A DNA stretch of 59,498 bases from a virus (taxonomy: Duplodnaviria; Caudoviricetes). The stretch is from IMG/VR virus record IMGVR_UViG_3300027734_000078, positions 1 to 59,498 of that record. One strand, 5' to 3'. The notes under the pieces were generated by a model. That model made no database searches. It was not told where the DNA came from and saw only the letters and a program-made list of their open reading frames with translations. The position numbers and the translations under genes are program-made. Of this stretch, positions 1 through 8,753 are shown in pieces (the first letter of the stretch is position 1; each line of letters starts with the position of its first letter).

Positions 1-288
1 TGCTTCATCTTTATAAGCTAAATCACCTACTTTAACTACAAACAAAACTACAGTTGAATGTTCTTCTATAGTTCTAGTTGAATCTGCTTTTACAATACCA
101 CCTTGATAAGTTTCTGAAGCATCAGGAATTGCACAAAGTATTTTGTATCCTTTAGGCTCAGGTAATTGTAAACCCCGTTCTTCAATTGGTATATCTTCTA
201 CTTCTACTTCAGTAACCGTTGGAATATTAATTGGTCGACCACTAGCATCAACTAAATTTTTATTCATAGTGAGTATTTGTTCACTCAT
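1..288 (-). CDS. GroES/Cpn10-like co-chaperonin, runs off the window edge
   Basis: Not in the ORF track. My translation is MSEQILTMNKNLVDASGRPINIP...LPEPKGYKILCAIPDASETYQGGIVKADST...VLFVVKVGDLAYKDEA, with GroES-like P.G.KIL, GGI and V.KVG motifs. ATG overlaps the upstream stop. Confidence 0.75.
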   Translation of the reverse strand, partial: MSEQILTMNKNLVDASGRPINIPTVTEVEVEDIPIEERGLQLPEPKGYKILCAIPDASETYQGGIVKADSTRTIEEHSTVVLFVVKVGDLAYKDEA

Positions 289-475
289 CAGAATTCTCCA
301 TTTTATTTACGATATCGGCAATAAGGCCTTGTATAGTATCGCAAGCTCTTATATATCCTACTGCAGATTGATAATGTGCATAATCTTTAGCAGAACCGTC
401 AGCAATGGAACTTAATATATCTTTGCGTTTCTCAGCTATCTTGTTGATTAATAGCTCTAACGTTGGGTCTATCAT
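281..475 (-). CDS. hypothetical protein, head module
   Basis: 64-aa ORF tightly packed between portal and GroES-like gene. Confidence 0.7.
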   Translation of the reverse strand: MIDPTLELLINKIAEKRKDILSSIADGSAKDYAHYQSAVGYIRACDTIQGLIADIVNKMENSDE

Positions 476-478
476 TTA

Positions 479-2938
479 CTACTCCTTTGGTTGTTGTTGA
501 TCCTTTTTATTATTTGATAATTGCATATCTTGTTGTTTGTGAACTGCTTGCATACCTAACTCAACTCCGCGAGCTTGTTGATCTGCTTGTAGTTTTTCTT
601 TATCAAATGTTGTTTTTGCTCCAATTTTTACTCCCTCAATACGCTCTTGAGAATCCATTTTAGCTTTATCAAGTTGTAATCTAGCTTTATCTATTTCAAT
701 ATCGGCCATTGTTTTTTGGGCTTTAATTTGAATTTCTTGTGCTTTAAGTTGAAGTTCTTGTTGTTGCATTTGAATAAGCGGATCTTGTGCTTGCTGTTGT
801 GCGGTTTGTTGTTGAGTTTCTGCAGTATTTTTTTGCAATAACTGTTGTGCTGCTTGTGAAGCAAGTCTAGATATTTGTACTTCTTCTTCCTTAGGAATTT
901 CATCTTCAGGATTAGGTAAAGGTATACCTAGCTGGTCTTCAATTTGTTTTCTATATTCAAACGCAATATGTTCATTAATATGAGCCATTGCAGCAGCTTG
1001 TATTACTTGAGCTTGAGGATTTTGACCTATAAGTTGTGCAATCTTAGGATCTTGCATAGCTGCCATGTGCACTTTAATATGTGCTTCATGATCTTGGTAT
1101 AGAAACGCTTTAACAGGTGTGCCATTAATAAGAGCCATATTTTCAGTTACAGGATCTTTAGGTTTCTTATCTTCTGCAGCTGGAATAAGTTTACCAATGT
1201 TCTTAACACCTAATACTTCTAACATTTGCTTATTAAGCTCAGCTAAGTCATAAATCTGTGGATTAGCTTGCGCCATTTGCATAACTGCTTGATATTGTAC
1301 AACTTTTTGAGACATTGTTGCAGCATTTGGATCAGATACCGGTATAACATCTACATTATCATAATCTGCTTGTTTAGCACGTCTATCACCTACATCTGGA
1401 TCATATGAATATTCTTTTGGGGTGTAATCACGAATAATGCCTTTAAGTAACTTAAACTCTTGTTTCATCGCATAGTAGATACGCGCTTGAATAGCTGATG
1501 TTACTTTTAATGTACGTTCAAGAATTGCTAATGTAGTTCCAACAGGAGCATTAGCTGACATATCAGAAACTTTTAAACCTTCTGCATTAGCAAATGCACG
1601 GCCTTCTTCAATAATTTGATTCATCAACATATTAAGAACTTGTGAAGGTTCTTTATAAGGCAACGGTAAAATGTTATCTCGGATAGCACCTGATGGTACA
1701 TCTACGTCTCTCCATTCCCCTGGAGCTATAGGAGTATCATCACCTTTGATACGAAGTCCTCGTGACTTCATACCACCTGGTAAGTTTGATAGAGTACCTG
1801 CGTCTACAAGTTGACGTAAGATCATAGTACCTGATTTTGCAAAAGCACCTATCAAATGAATTAAACCAAAGCAGTAAAAGCCAAAACCTGGAATGTAACC
1901 ATAATGAACAAAGTGTTGACGTTTAGCTTTTAACTTATCATCTGGATTCCAATTACGACGAATAGCTAAAATAGTGCTTGTACCTTTTTCAATAGTTACT
2001 ACATAAGGTAATGCAATGCCATCTTCAGAATCACCATTTTCTAAATCTAAATTAACATGTATCTCAAGAATTTTAAATCTATCATCTTCTGAAGGATTAA
2101 ACCCTAGTTTTTCTGCAATTTTTTTCTCTGCTTCATCAATATCTAAGAACGGTTCACCTAAATCTACATCACGATAAAAACCAGCTACCTGTAATTTTTT
2201 TAATTCATTAGGCGTTTTACGCATAACATGGGTTACACGTTCTGCAGTTTCTAGATTAGACGCACCGTAAGGCACTACTATATCTTCTGCAGGAACATAC
2301 ATCGCTACTTGACGTTCTAACGATGGATCAAAATAAACTTTCTTAAACGCATTACCCGCTAGTCCTAGTCCCCATAACATTCTTTCATGCTCAGGTCTAT
2401 ATTCTGGCATTGTGTCTGTTAACTGATAGTTCATGTCTTCTCGAACTCGATGTGCTGCTTCTTCTTTTTCTGGGGTTTGTTTACCTACTATAATTGTTTT
2501 AACAGGACCTGCAGCTGGAAATGTTTCCATCATAGTCTCTGCTTGAAATTTGACTAACGCTTCTGTCATGAGTGGGTGAAATACGTTACATGCACCTGGC
2601 CATGGTTCAGTTCTATCTTCTACTTTAAGACCTAATAATTCTAATCCATCAACATATGTAGTTAGCCAATCTTTTCTTGAATTAATATCAGCATCATATT
2701 CACCAATTAAATCTCCTGATAATTCGGTAAGCTCACCTTCATCCATGTCTTCTGCTAAGTTATTATTAAACTCATCATCTTTTTCTTTACCAGGAATAAT
2801 AGTAATCTCCATGCTGCCATCATCTAGTGTTACTGAGTCTGGGTTTTCAATTTGAATTTCCATAGCGGGTTGTTGAGCTGCTAACTCTTCAATTCCTTGA
2901 GGCGCTTGACTTATACTTTTATCTACATTAATTGCCAT
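479..2938 (-). CDS. portal protein
   Basis: 819 aa, directly downstream of TerL. Portal-like motifs (EPWPGAC..HP, GNAFKKVYFD, YGYIPGFGFYCFGL) and Q-rich coiled-coil C-terminus. Confidence 0.88.
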   Translation of the reverse strand: MAINVDKSISQAPQGIEELAAQQPAMEIQIENPDSVTLDDGSMEITIIPGKEKDDEFNNNLAEDMDEGELTELSGDLIGEYDADINSRKDWLTTYVDGLELLGLKVEDRTEPWPGACNVFHPLMTEALVKFQAETMMETFPAAGPVKTIIVGKQTPEKEEAAHRVREDMNYQLTDTMPEYRPEHERMLWGLGLAGNAFKKVYFDPSLERQVAMYVPAEDIVVPYGASNLETAERVTHVMRKTPNELKKLQVAGFYRDVDLGEPFLDIDEAEKKIAEKLGFNPSEDDRFKILEIHVNLDLENGDSEDGIALPYVVTIEKGTSTILAIRRNWNPDDKLKAKRQHFVHYGYIPGFGFYCFGLIHLIGAFAKSGTMILRQLVDAGTLSNLPGGMKSRGLRIKGDDTPIAPGEWRDVDVPSGAIRDNILPLPYKEPSQVLNMLMNQIIEEGRAFANAEGLKVSDMSANAPVGTTLAILERTLKVTSAIQARIYYAMKQEFKLLKGIIRDYTPKEYSYDPDVGDRRAKQADYDNVDVIPVSDPNAATMSQKVVQYQAVMQMAQANPQIYDLAELNKQMLEVLGVKNIGKLIPAAEDKKPKDPVTENMALINGTPVKAFLYQDHEAHIKVHMAAMQDPKIAQLIGQNPQAQVIQAAAMAHINEHIAFEYRKQIEDQLGIPLPNPEDEIPKEEEVQISRLASQAAQQLLQKNTAETQQQTAQQQAQDPLIQMQQQELQLKAQEIQIKAQKTMADIEIDKARLQLDKAKMDSQERIEGVKIGAKTTFDKEKLQADQQARGVELGMQAVHKQQDMQLSNNKKDQQQPKE

Positions 2939-2947
2939 AATTTATCC

Positions 2948-4489
2948 TTAAACTAAATACAACTTGTTCCTAGAACTTCTAAATCCTGGTATATCTTCAG
3001 CTTCATCGTTTGGTAGTCTTATGAACCCACCTTGTCTAAAGCGCATGAGTGCCATAGTGGTACTATCTACTTGGTCATCGTTGGCACCTGACGGAAAGTC
3101 ATTACACTCCTCAACAAGTTCATGAGCCCAACGTTTATCTGGAGCCCACACTATACCAGATCTGAAGAGATCTGCCACGGAGTTAACGCGGCTAATCTTA
3201 TCTTGACCTTTGCCCGGTGTAAATTCCCCTAGCGGAACACCCATCCTTCTCATCTCTTGATAGAGAGCGGCTCCGTTAGATTTCTTTTCTACTATGAATG
3301 CATCTGGTTCCCAATCCTTGTACTCACGAAGTACTAACTCCTTTAACTCCGGGAACTCTAATCTTTCTTTAATTGCATTTAATAGTATTATATTATAATT
3401 ATTGGTCTCTTCGTTAAAAAAGACTCCCCACGTAGTTAACGAATTATAATCGGCTCTATTGTTAGCTTCTTGTGCAGCATCCAAAGACATGATTGTAAAC
3501 TCGCAACGGGGTGGATCTTCTTTTTCCCATATATTCCACCACTCACGTTTAATGAGGGCACCTTCTTCTGACACTGGGTTCTGTAAGTATTGAGCATTCC
3601 AGTATCGTACATCTAGTGCTGCTTTCTTTGCCTGTAATTCTTCAAGTGGCCAAAACTCAGGCCAAAGACTTTCTTCTTCGCCCGCTTTGTTTTCAATAAT
3701 CGCTGGAAATTCAACGACTTCCCAATCGTCAACTCCTTCAGTCTTTATCATTTGGTTAACTATTTGGCCGGTCAAGTCTAGCTTAGACCACCTAGTCATT
3801 ACAACAATAATCGCGCCGCCCGGCATAAGACGTTGTATTGGGCCAGACTGAAACCACTCCCAAGCAGGCAGAAAAACATCCGGTCGTCCCAACTTGGCAT
3901 CTTGCTCCGAGTGTGGATCGTCAATGATAAATAAATCAGCCCCGCGACCAGCGAGGGCACCACCAACACCAATAGCAAAATACTCTCCATTATGATTTGT
4001 TCCCCATCTACTTGCTGACTTACTATCTGCTTGTAGCTCTACATCAGGAAAAATATCACTATAAGCATCAGAACTGACAAGGTTACGAACACGTCGACCA
4101 AAGTTAACTGCAAGGTCAGCAGTATGAGATGCCATAATAATCTTCTTGTGTGGGTACTTACCCAAAAACCAAGCTGGTGCCAAATATGAGATGAGCTCGG
4201 ACTTTCCGTGTCGCGGAGCAATGTTAACAATAACGCGTTTCTTTTTCCCGTTAGCAATGTCTTCAAAGATTTGAGCCAGGCGCTTATGATGTGCACCAAC
4301 CATGTAACCAGGATAGACATGTTTTACAAACTCCAAAAATTTATTCTGTCTTAAATCTAATGCTCTTGTTTTTTCTAACTCTTCTAACTCTGCAAGTAAT
4401 TGTATCTGTTCATTTCTTGGAAGCAGGCTTATATTAGCTAGAGCTTTTTGTACATCAGCTTCTGTAAAGCCCGAAATATCCAATGCCAT
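2948..4489 (-). CDS. terL: terminase large subunit
   Basis: Walker A APRHGKS, Walker B LFIIDDP, coupling motif MTRW, nuclease SLDAA and C-terminal DDQVDS. Confidence 0.95.
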   Translation of the reverse strand: MALDISGFTEADVQKALANISLLPRNEQIQLLAELEELEKTRALDLRQNKFLEFVKHVYPGYMVGAHHKRLAQIFEDIANGKKKRVIVNIAPRHGKSELISYLAPAWFLGKYPHKKIIMASHTADLAVNFGRRVRNLVSSDAYSDIFPDVELQADSKSASRWGTNHNGEYFAIGVGGALAGRGADLFIIDDPHSEQDAKLGRPDVFLPAWEWFQSGPIQRLMPGGAIIVVMTRWSKLDLTGQIVNQMIKTEGVDDWEVVEFPAIIENKAGEEESLWPEFWPLEELQAKKAALDVRYWNAQYLQNPVSEEGALIKREWWNIWEKEDPPRCEFTIMSLDAAQEANNRADYNSLTTWGVFFNEETNNYNIILLNAIKERLEFPELKELVLREYKDWEPDAFIVEKKSNGAALYQEMRRMGVPLGEFTPGKGQDKISRVNSVADLFRSGIVWAPDKRWAHELVEECNDFPSGANDDQVDSTTMALMRFRQGGFIRLPNDEAEDIPGFRSSRNKLYLV

Positions 4490-4490
4490 A

Positions 4491-5075
4491 CTATTCTTTT
4501 TCTGGAGTTACATCTACAGCATCTATAATTTCAAACGATGTGTCAACAGCAGAAGTAGTTCCTAATATTTTGTAAAGCTTTGATTTAATTTGAGTTTCTA
4601 AGTCTTCAGGGCTTAAGTTTCTAACTGTAATTTCTGTTTTCTCTGAGAACAAACCTACATCAGATATTTTACCTAGTAATTCTAGAGCTTTTAATCTATG
4701 TCTTGGGTCTGATAATCCTGCATCTTCTAGGAGTTTATTTGTAACAAACCGTCTCAACTGGACGGCTTCTTGTACAACTTGATGATCATAGTCCGAGAGC
4801 ATCGTAAATAAGTGTTGAACCGTAGCTGGAGTATTTAATGCTTTGTTTGTTGCGGCATTTAATGTGTTTGGAGCTTCAGGATCAGTAAAACGTTTGAATA
4901 AATCAGCAGCTTCTTGCTTTTCAATAGTAGAAATAGGTATATCTGCACCTGCTTCTAGTAAAATCTTAGCAGTATTAGCAACAACTTTTACTTTTTTATC
5001 TAAAGTCGTAGGTTCTTCGGCCTCAAAGTCATCAGGCAGGGGTTTGTTTGGGTCTGGTATGATTGTTATTGCCAT
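4491..5075 (-). CDS. putative terminase small subunit
   Basis: Immediately upstream of terL with RLKALELLGKI motif typical of TerS. I chose the MAITIIPD start downstream of a promoter. Confidence 0.55.
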   Translation of the reverse strand: MAITIIPDPNKPLPDDFEAEEPTTLDKKVKVVANTAKILLEAGADIPISTIEKQEAADLFKRFTDPEAPNTLNAATNKALNTPATVQHLFTMLSDYDHQVVQEAVQLRRFVTNKLLEDAGLSDPRHRLKALELLGKISDVGLFSEKTEITVRNLSPEDLETQIKSKLYKILGTTSAVDTSFEIIDAVDVTPEKE

Positions 5076-5124
5076 AAAATGTCGCTGTTTACACCTTAGA
5101 AATTTATTTGCAGCTATTGAGGGC

Positions 5125-5153
5125 AATATATAGTAAATTGTTATATTAATCAA
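5125..5153 (-). promoter_or_regulatory. sigma70-like promoter for the packaging/head operon
   Basis: TTGATT-17 nt-TATATT on the minus strand. Confidence 0.5.
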
Positions 5154-5176
5154 GTACTTTTTTGATACAATGAGTT

Positions 5177-5521
5177 ATGAAAACCACGCTGACTAAGAAG
5201 AATTTAGAGATACTCTATAACATGGCATGCCAGATGGCTCCTTTCAACACCCTTCCTATGCCTAAGTCACACAAAGTTAAGTTTAAAGTTATTAAAAATC
5301 CTAACATCTATGGTTGTTTTGATGAGCATGAAATGGAAATTCAAATAAGTTCTAATGCATGTGGGCACTTCACTACTATATTCCAAACTCTTCTGCATGA
5401 AATGGTACATCTAGCTCTCTATGTTCGTGGTGATGATGACTTCCATGAGCATGGCCCTAAGTTCCTTCGTATTAAAAACGTCTACTCCGAGTTATACAAC
5501 TTCGATCCTAAAGCTATTTAG
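5177..5521 (+). CDS. SprT-like zinc metalloprotease
   Basis: TLLHEMVH (HExxH) followed by HGPKF. Extended -10 TGaTACAAT at 5163-5171 lies just before the ATG. Confidence 0.75.
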   Translation: MKTTLTKKNLEILYNMACQMAPFNTLPMPKSHKVKFKVIKNPNIYGCFDEHEMEIQISSNACGHFTTIFQTLLHEMVHLALYVRGDDDFHEHGPKFLRIKNVYSELYNFDPKAI

Positions 5522-6042
5522 ATTTTATTTCCTTTTTTTAGGTTTTCTGCTGCTGTTACTATTTGTAGATTAGATGGTGTATGCAGTCCTGATACTATTT
5601 CGCCTTGTAGTGGGTAGATATGATCCACATGCCATTTAATTCCTGTATCAATTGTTCTTTGTATAGCTTCAGTATATATTTGTCTTATTTTATTTATGTC
5701 TTCTTTAGTAATCCATTTAGGAGTACGTTGCAATTTACTTGCTCTATACTTAACTCTTTTAGCAGCTCTTTTTCCAGCATTCTCAGGTTTATTCCAATAT
5801 TTTCTAGTTGCTCGTCTTATAGATTCTTTTATTTCCTCTACAGTTCTAGTTGATTTTGGTCTGCCTCGTTTGCCATGCTTTTGAGTTTTCTTACGGGCTT
5901 CGTTTTTTCTTTGCCTGCGACATTCAACACAATCTTGGCTACCTACATACCTAGTATTACCATGACCATATTTACAGGGTAACCCCTCATATCGTGGTTT
6001 GCCTTCTGCTTTAGCTCTAAGTCTAGGGGTATCGTATTTCAT
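5518..6042 (-). CDS. HNH endonuclease
   Basis: WHVDHIYPLQG...SGLHTPSNLQIVTAAENLKK and N-terminal CxxGH/CxxC. Start taken at MKYDTPR. Confidence 0.85.
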   Translation of the reverse strand: MKYDTPRLRAKAEGKPRYEGLPCKYGHGNTRYVGSQDCVECRRQRKNEARKKTQKHGKRGRPKSTRTVEEIKESIRRATRKYWNKPENAGKRAAKRVKYRASKLQRTPKWITKEDINKIRQIYTEAIQRTIDTGIKWHVDHIYPLQGEIVSGLHTPSNLQIVTAAENLKKGNKI

Positions 6043-6049
6043 ATTTTGT

Positions 6050-6078
6050 ATAGTATCATAATGTGGGGGGTAGGGCAA
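6050..6078 (-). promoter_or_regulatory. sigma70-like promoter of the HNH gene, probably leaderless
   Basis: TTGCCC-17 nt-TACTAT with extended TG, and ATG 7 nt downstream. Confidence 0.45.
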
Positions 6079-6255
6079 GGTTTTAAAAATTTGCAAAATA
6101 TTTTTTGCTTTTTGAGTTTTCAAAAGTAAGGGGGGTGTTTCCTTTTTTCAATTTTATAAAACTACCATATCATTTGTGTAGTTCCCAGTGAATACAGACG
6201 GGGACAAGGTTCATCAAATAATGGGGTCATAGGGGGGGACTAGGGGACAAAAAGC

Positions 6256-6284
6256 TGGACTTTGTCTAGTTTCTATGCTATAAT
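6256..6284 (+). promoter_or_regulatory. early sigma70 promoter P1
   Basis: TGGACT-17 nt-TATAAT with extended -10 (ATGCTATAAT), same spacer style as 7894 and 10969. Confidence 0.7.
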
Positions 6285-6327
6285 TCTTCACATGAACTGA
6301 AAAATTTATATGTCTTTTCTTTTCATT

Positions 6328-6359
6328 GGGACTTCTGCGTAATTTTACGCACTTGTCTT
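6328..6359 (+). repeat. 32-nt hairpin element, copy 1
   Basis: GGGACT TC TGCGTA ATTT TACGCA CT TGTCTT. Confidence 0.7.
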
Positions 6360-6396
6360 ATTTAATTAAACTTTAAAAACGAAAGCGAGAATTATT

Positions 6397-7080
6397 ATGT
6401 CAAAGAAACCTAGCCTTAAAAAAGCAGTAGCAGAAGTTAAGAAAGCAGTATTTTGTATGAGTGCAGATGATACGCTATCACTTGAACAGGGCGTTATTCA
6501 ACCCTTTGAACAGGTTGTAGCTAATCATAAGAACAGCGAGGAATTAAAGCATTTAATAGCCGAGAACCTAGCGTCAATTCTAGGAACTACACCGAGCTAT
6601 GAATTATGGAACGCTTGTCACGATAACACCGAGAAAGCCGTTATAACTTCAATGAAAATTGAAGAGGCTACATTCAAAAATATTTGGGCTAGTATCGTTA
6701 AGTTATTGGGTATCATGTATGACCTAGAAAAGCCTAAAGCGAAAAGTGTAGAGGCTATCAAAAAGGCAACGCAGAGAGAGAAAGCAAAATCAATGACGGG
6801 ACTTGATGGAAAAGATTATCTAGTTTCCGAAGTAGATGACGCTAACCTTGAAAAACTTTTTGGACTTCGTGGAAAAGCAGAACTTGTGAATAGAGAACTA
6901 GCTAACGAAAAAGAAAGCGAGAAATTGCAAAAACTAGCGAGAACAGCTAACGCAAATAATTTTCTAGCTAGAATGAAAACTCTAGTAAAAGAAAAATATG
7001 ACTTCGCTATGTATTTGGATACTAACCTAGCAACCTTTGAAATAGAATTTGAGGATAGTAAACATAATCCTGCGAAGTAA
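6397..7080 (+). CDS. hypothetical protein, first early gene (monocistronic)
   Basis: 227-aa ORF with its own promoter and terminator. Confidence 0.8.
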   Translation: MSKKPSLKKAVAEVKKAVFCMSADDTLSLEQGVIQPFEQVVANHKNSEELKHLIAENLASILGTTPSYELWNACHDNTEKAVITSMKIEEATFKNIWASIVKLLGIMYDLEKPKAKSVEAIKKATQREKAKSMTGLDGKDYLVSEVDDANLEKLFGLRGKAELVNRELANEKESEKLQKLARTANANNFLARMKTLVKEKYDFAMYLDTNLATFEIEFEDSKHNPAK

Positions 7081-7104
7081 ACGAAGTTAAAAAAGTAATA
7101 TTAA

Positions 7105-7138
7105 GGGATAACGATTAACTTCGTTATCCCTTTTTTTT
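7105..7138 (+). terminator. intrinsic terminator
   Basis: GGGATAACGA-TTAACT-TCGTTATCCC followed by T8. Confidence 0.9.
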
Positions 7139-7199
7139 CGTCAAAATTTTGGGGACACAATCCCCACGATGACCGTGACAATAAAGAGTAGGTGAGGGG

Positions 7200-7860
7200 G
7201 ACTTATATAACGAAGTTAACTTTGTGGCTACATCTTTTGGCAAGTTGTATTATAACACGCATAAGTTGTATTATAACAAGGTCTGTTTTATTACTTAATA
7301 ATCAAGGACTTACAGACTTGACTTTGTTGGGGTAGTGTTTTATTACTGTAAAATCAATGACTTACGCAAGTGATTAAAAAAAGGCAAGTGCTTGTATTAT
7401 ATATATATTTTATATTATAACATTATAACACGACTTTTGAAAAAGGCTTCAGCCAGAAAAAAGTTTTACTAATTTAACTTCGTGGCATAGCCGATTTTAT
7501 AAATTTCCCTGCCCTTTCTCCCAGCCCACGCAATGCTGTTTAGCGTGTTATAATGTATTATTACTTATAAATCAATGACTTAGCCTGTTATAGATGATTG
7601 GACTTTGTCAATACTTCTGTTTAAGTGTTTTATAATCAAAGACTTATCGTGTTATAAATGAATGGACTTTGTCAATAACAAAGTTAACAAAGCTAATGAA
7701 ATCAAGCACTTGGTATTATAACACGCACCTTGATTTTTCAGAGACAAACCCCTACAAACTATAGGGACAAAATTTGGTGGTGACCGTTCGTTCGTCTAGT
7801 CGGTGAGCCTTAAATTTTTAACCTTCCCTTGAAACCAATCCACGAAGTTAACCAAGTTAA
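7200..7860. repeat. non-coding region of interleaved repeats (IHF-consensus, TTATAACA, CGAAGTTAA)
   Basis: AATCAAnnnnTTR at 7300, 7352, 7570, 7634, 7700. ATTATAACAC-like repeats in both orientations. No ORF. Confidence 0.8.
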
Positions 7861-7893
7861 TTAAATCCCCCCCTATATATAAAGACATCTACC

Positions 7894-7922
7894 TTGACAA
7901 TGTCAACTAGCTATGCTATAAT
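7894..7922 (+). promoter_or_regulatory. consensus sigma70 early promoter P2
   Basis: TTGACA-17 nt-TATAAT with extended -10. The -35 lies within the palindrome TTGACAATGTCAA. Confidence 0.9.
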
Positions 7923-7973
7923 AATATTCATGCGTGGGGTATTCCGCATATAAGAAATGACTTATTTAACTTC

Positions 7974-8005
7974 GTGACATCTGCGTAATTTTACGCAATT
8001 GTCAC
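7974..8005 (+). repeat. 32-nt hairpin element, copy 2
   Basis: GTGACA TC TGCGTA ATTT TACGCA AT TGTCAC. Confidence 0.85.
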
Positions 8006-8026
8006 TTTTTGGAAAGAGAGAGCATT

Positions 8027-8149
8027 ATGACTAGTATTTATGATTGGTGGGTTATTAACAGAAGTTTTGATGGTGGTTATACTTTGACTAACTTAGCCCT
8101 GTATCAATTAATGGCTTATGATTTATGTTTAAAAGGAGAGCAATCATGA
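8027..8149 (+). CDS. small hypothetical protein (40 aa)
   Basis: MTSIYDWWVINRSFDGG...KGEQS. Purine-rich RBS, and the stop overlaps the next ATG. Confidence 0.6.
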   Translation: MTSIYDWWVINRSFDGGYTLTNLALYQLMAYDLCLKGEQS

Positions 8150-8325
8150 ACGGATATATTGCGTTGTATTTAGGTGAGAAGTATGAGATACAAGCTGACG
8201 ATGTTTGGTCAGCTAAACAGAAAGCTTTGAAAGATTTACAAGTATCTAAAAAGAAAGCATGGCAAGTATCTATTCATTTAGCCGAAGTGAATGGTGCTGA
8301 TTATAAACATACGGCTGACTTTTAA
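8146..8325 (+). CDS. hypothetical protein
   Basis: AGGAG RBS, start MNGYIALY. Confidence 0.7.
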   Translation: MNGYIALYLGEKYEIQADDVWSAKQKALKDLQVSKKKAWQVSIHLAEVNGADYKHTADF

Positions 8326-8335
8326 GGAGAACGAA

Positions 8336-8434
8336 ATGATTAGTATTTATGATTGGTATATAATGGGAGTCTGCGTATTTTTAGTAGTCGCTTATGTGGT
8401 ATTAATTTATTTAGATAGGGGAGATAAAAAATGA
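8336..8434 (+). CDS. small membrane protein (32 aa)
   Basis: MISIYDWYIMGVCVFLVVAYVVLIYLDRGDKK with TAAGGAG RBS and ATGA coupling to the next gene. Confidence 0.6.
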   Translation: MISIYDWYIMGVCVFLVVAYVVLIYLDRGDKK

Positions 8435-8577
8435 GTGATATTACTTATATCTTTTTGCAAATGTTATTGTTGTTGGCTTATGGTTGCTATGTTGCCTATC
8501 GTGTAGGTTATAAAAAAGGGCAAGATAGTGTATGGAAAAAAGTGAATGTATTTAAAACATGGAAGGAAGTCAAATGA
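8431..8577 (+). CDS. small membrane protein (48 aa)
   Basis: MSDITYIFLQMLLLLAYGCYVAYRVGYKKG..., GGAG RBS, ATGA coupling. Confidence 0.6.
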   Translation: MSDITYIFLQMLLLLAYGCYVAYRVGYKKGQDSVWKKVNVFKTWKEVK

Positions 8578-8753
8578 AAACGAAACCGATATTTAAAACA
8601 CAAGCATCACCAAGCTATAAAGGTTATGACAGGGAAATTTACATGTCAGAATATACACCTATAAACAAAGAGCATTACAGACGATTGAGAACTTGTGCAG
8701 TTGTGTCTGTAGGTATCAATATCTTTTTACTACTTGTCATGGTTATAAGATGA
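8574..8753 (+). CDS. hypothetical protein with C-terminal TM helix
   Basis: ORF track, ATGA-coupled start MKTKPIF. Confidence 0.65.
   Translation: MKTKPIFKTQASPSYKGYDREIYMSEYTPINKEHYRRLRTCAVVSVGINIFLLLVMVIR

Noticed and set aside
7585-7675. Minus-strand promoters TTGACA...TATAAC
   Set aside because: Spacer is only 13 nt in both copies, so they are better read as operator-like and TTATAAC repeats
7200-7860. Possible CRISPR array or mini-array
   Set aside because: Repeats are short, degenerate, in both orientations and irregularly spaced, with no constant repeat-spacer period
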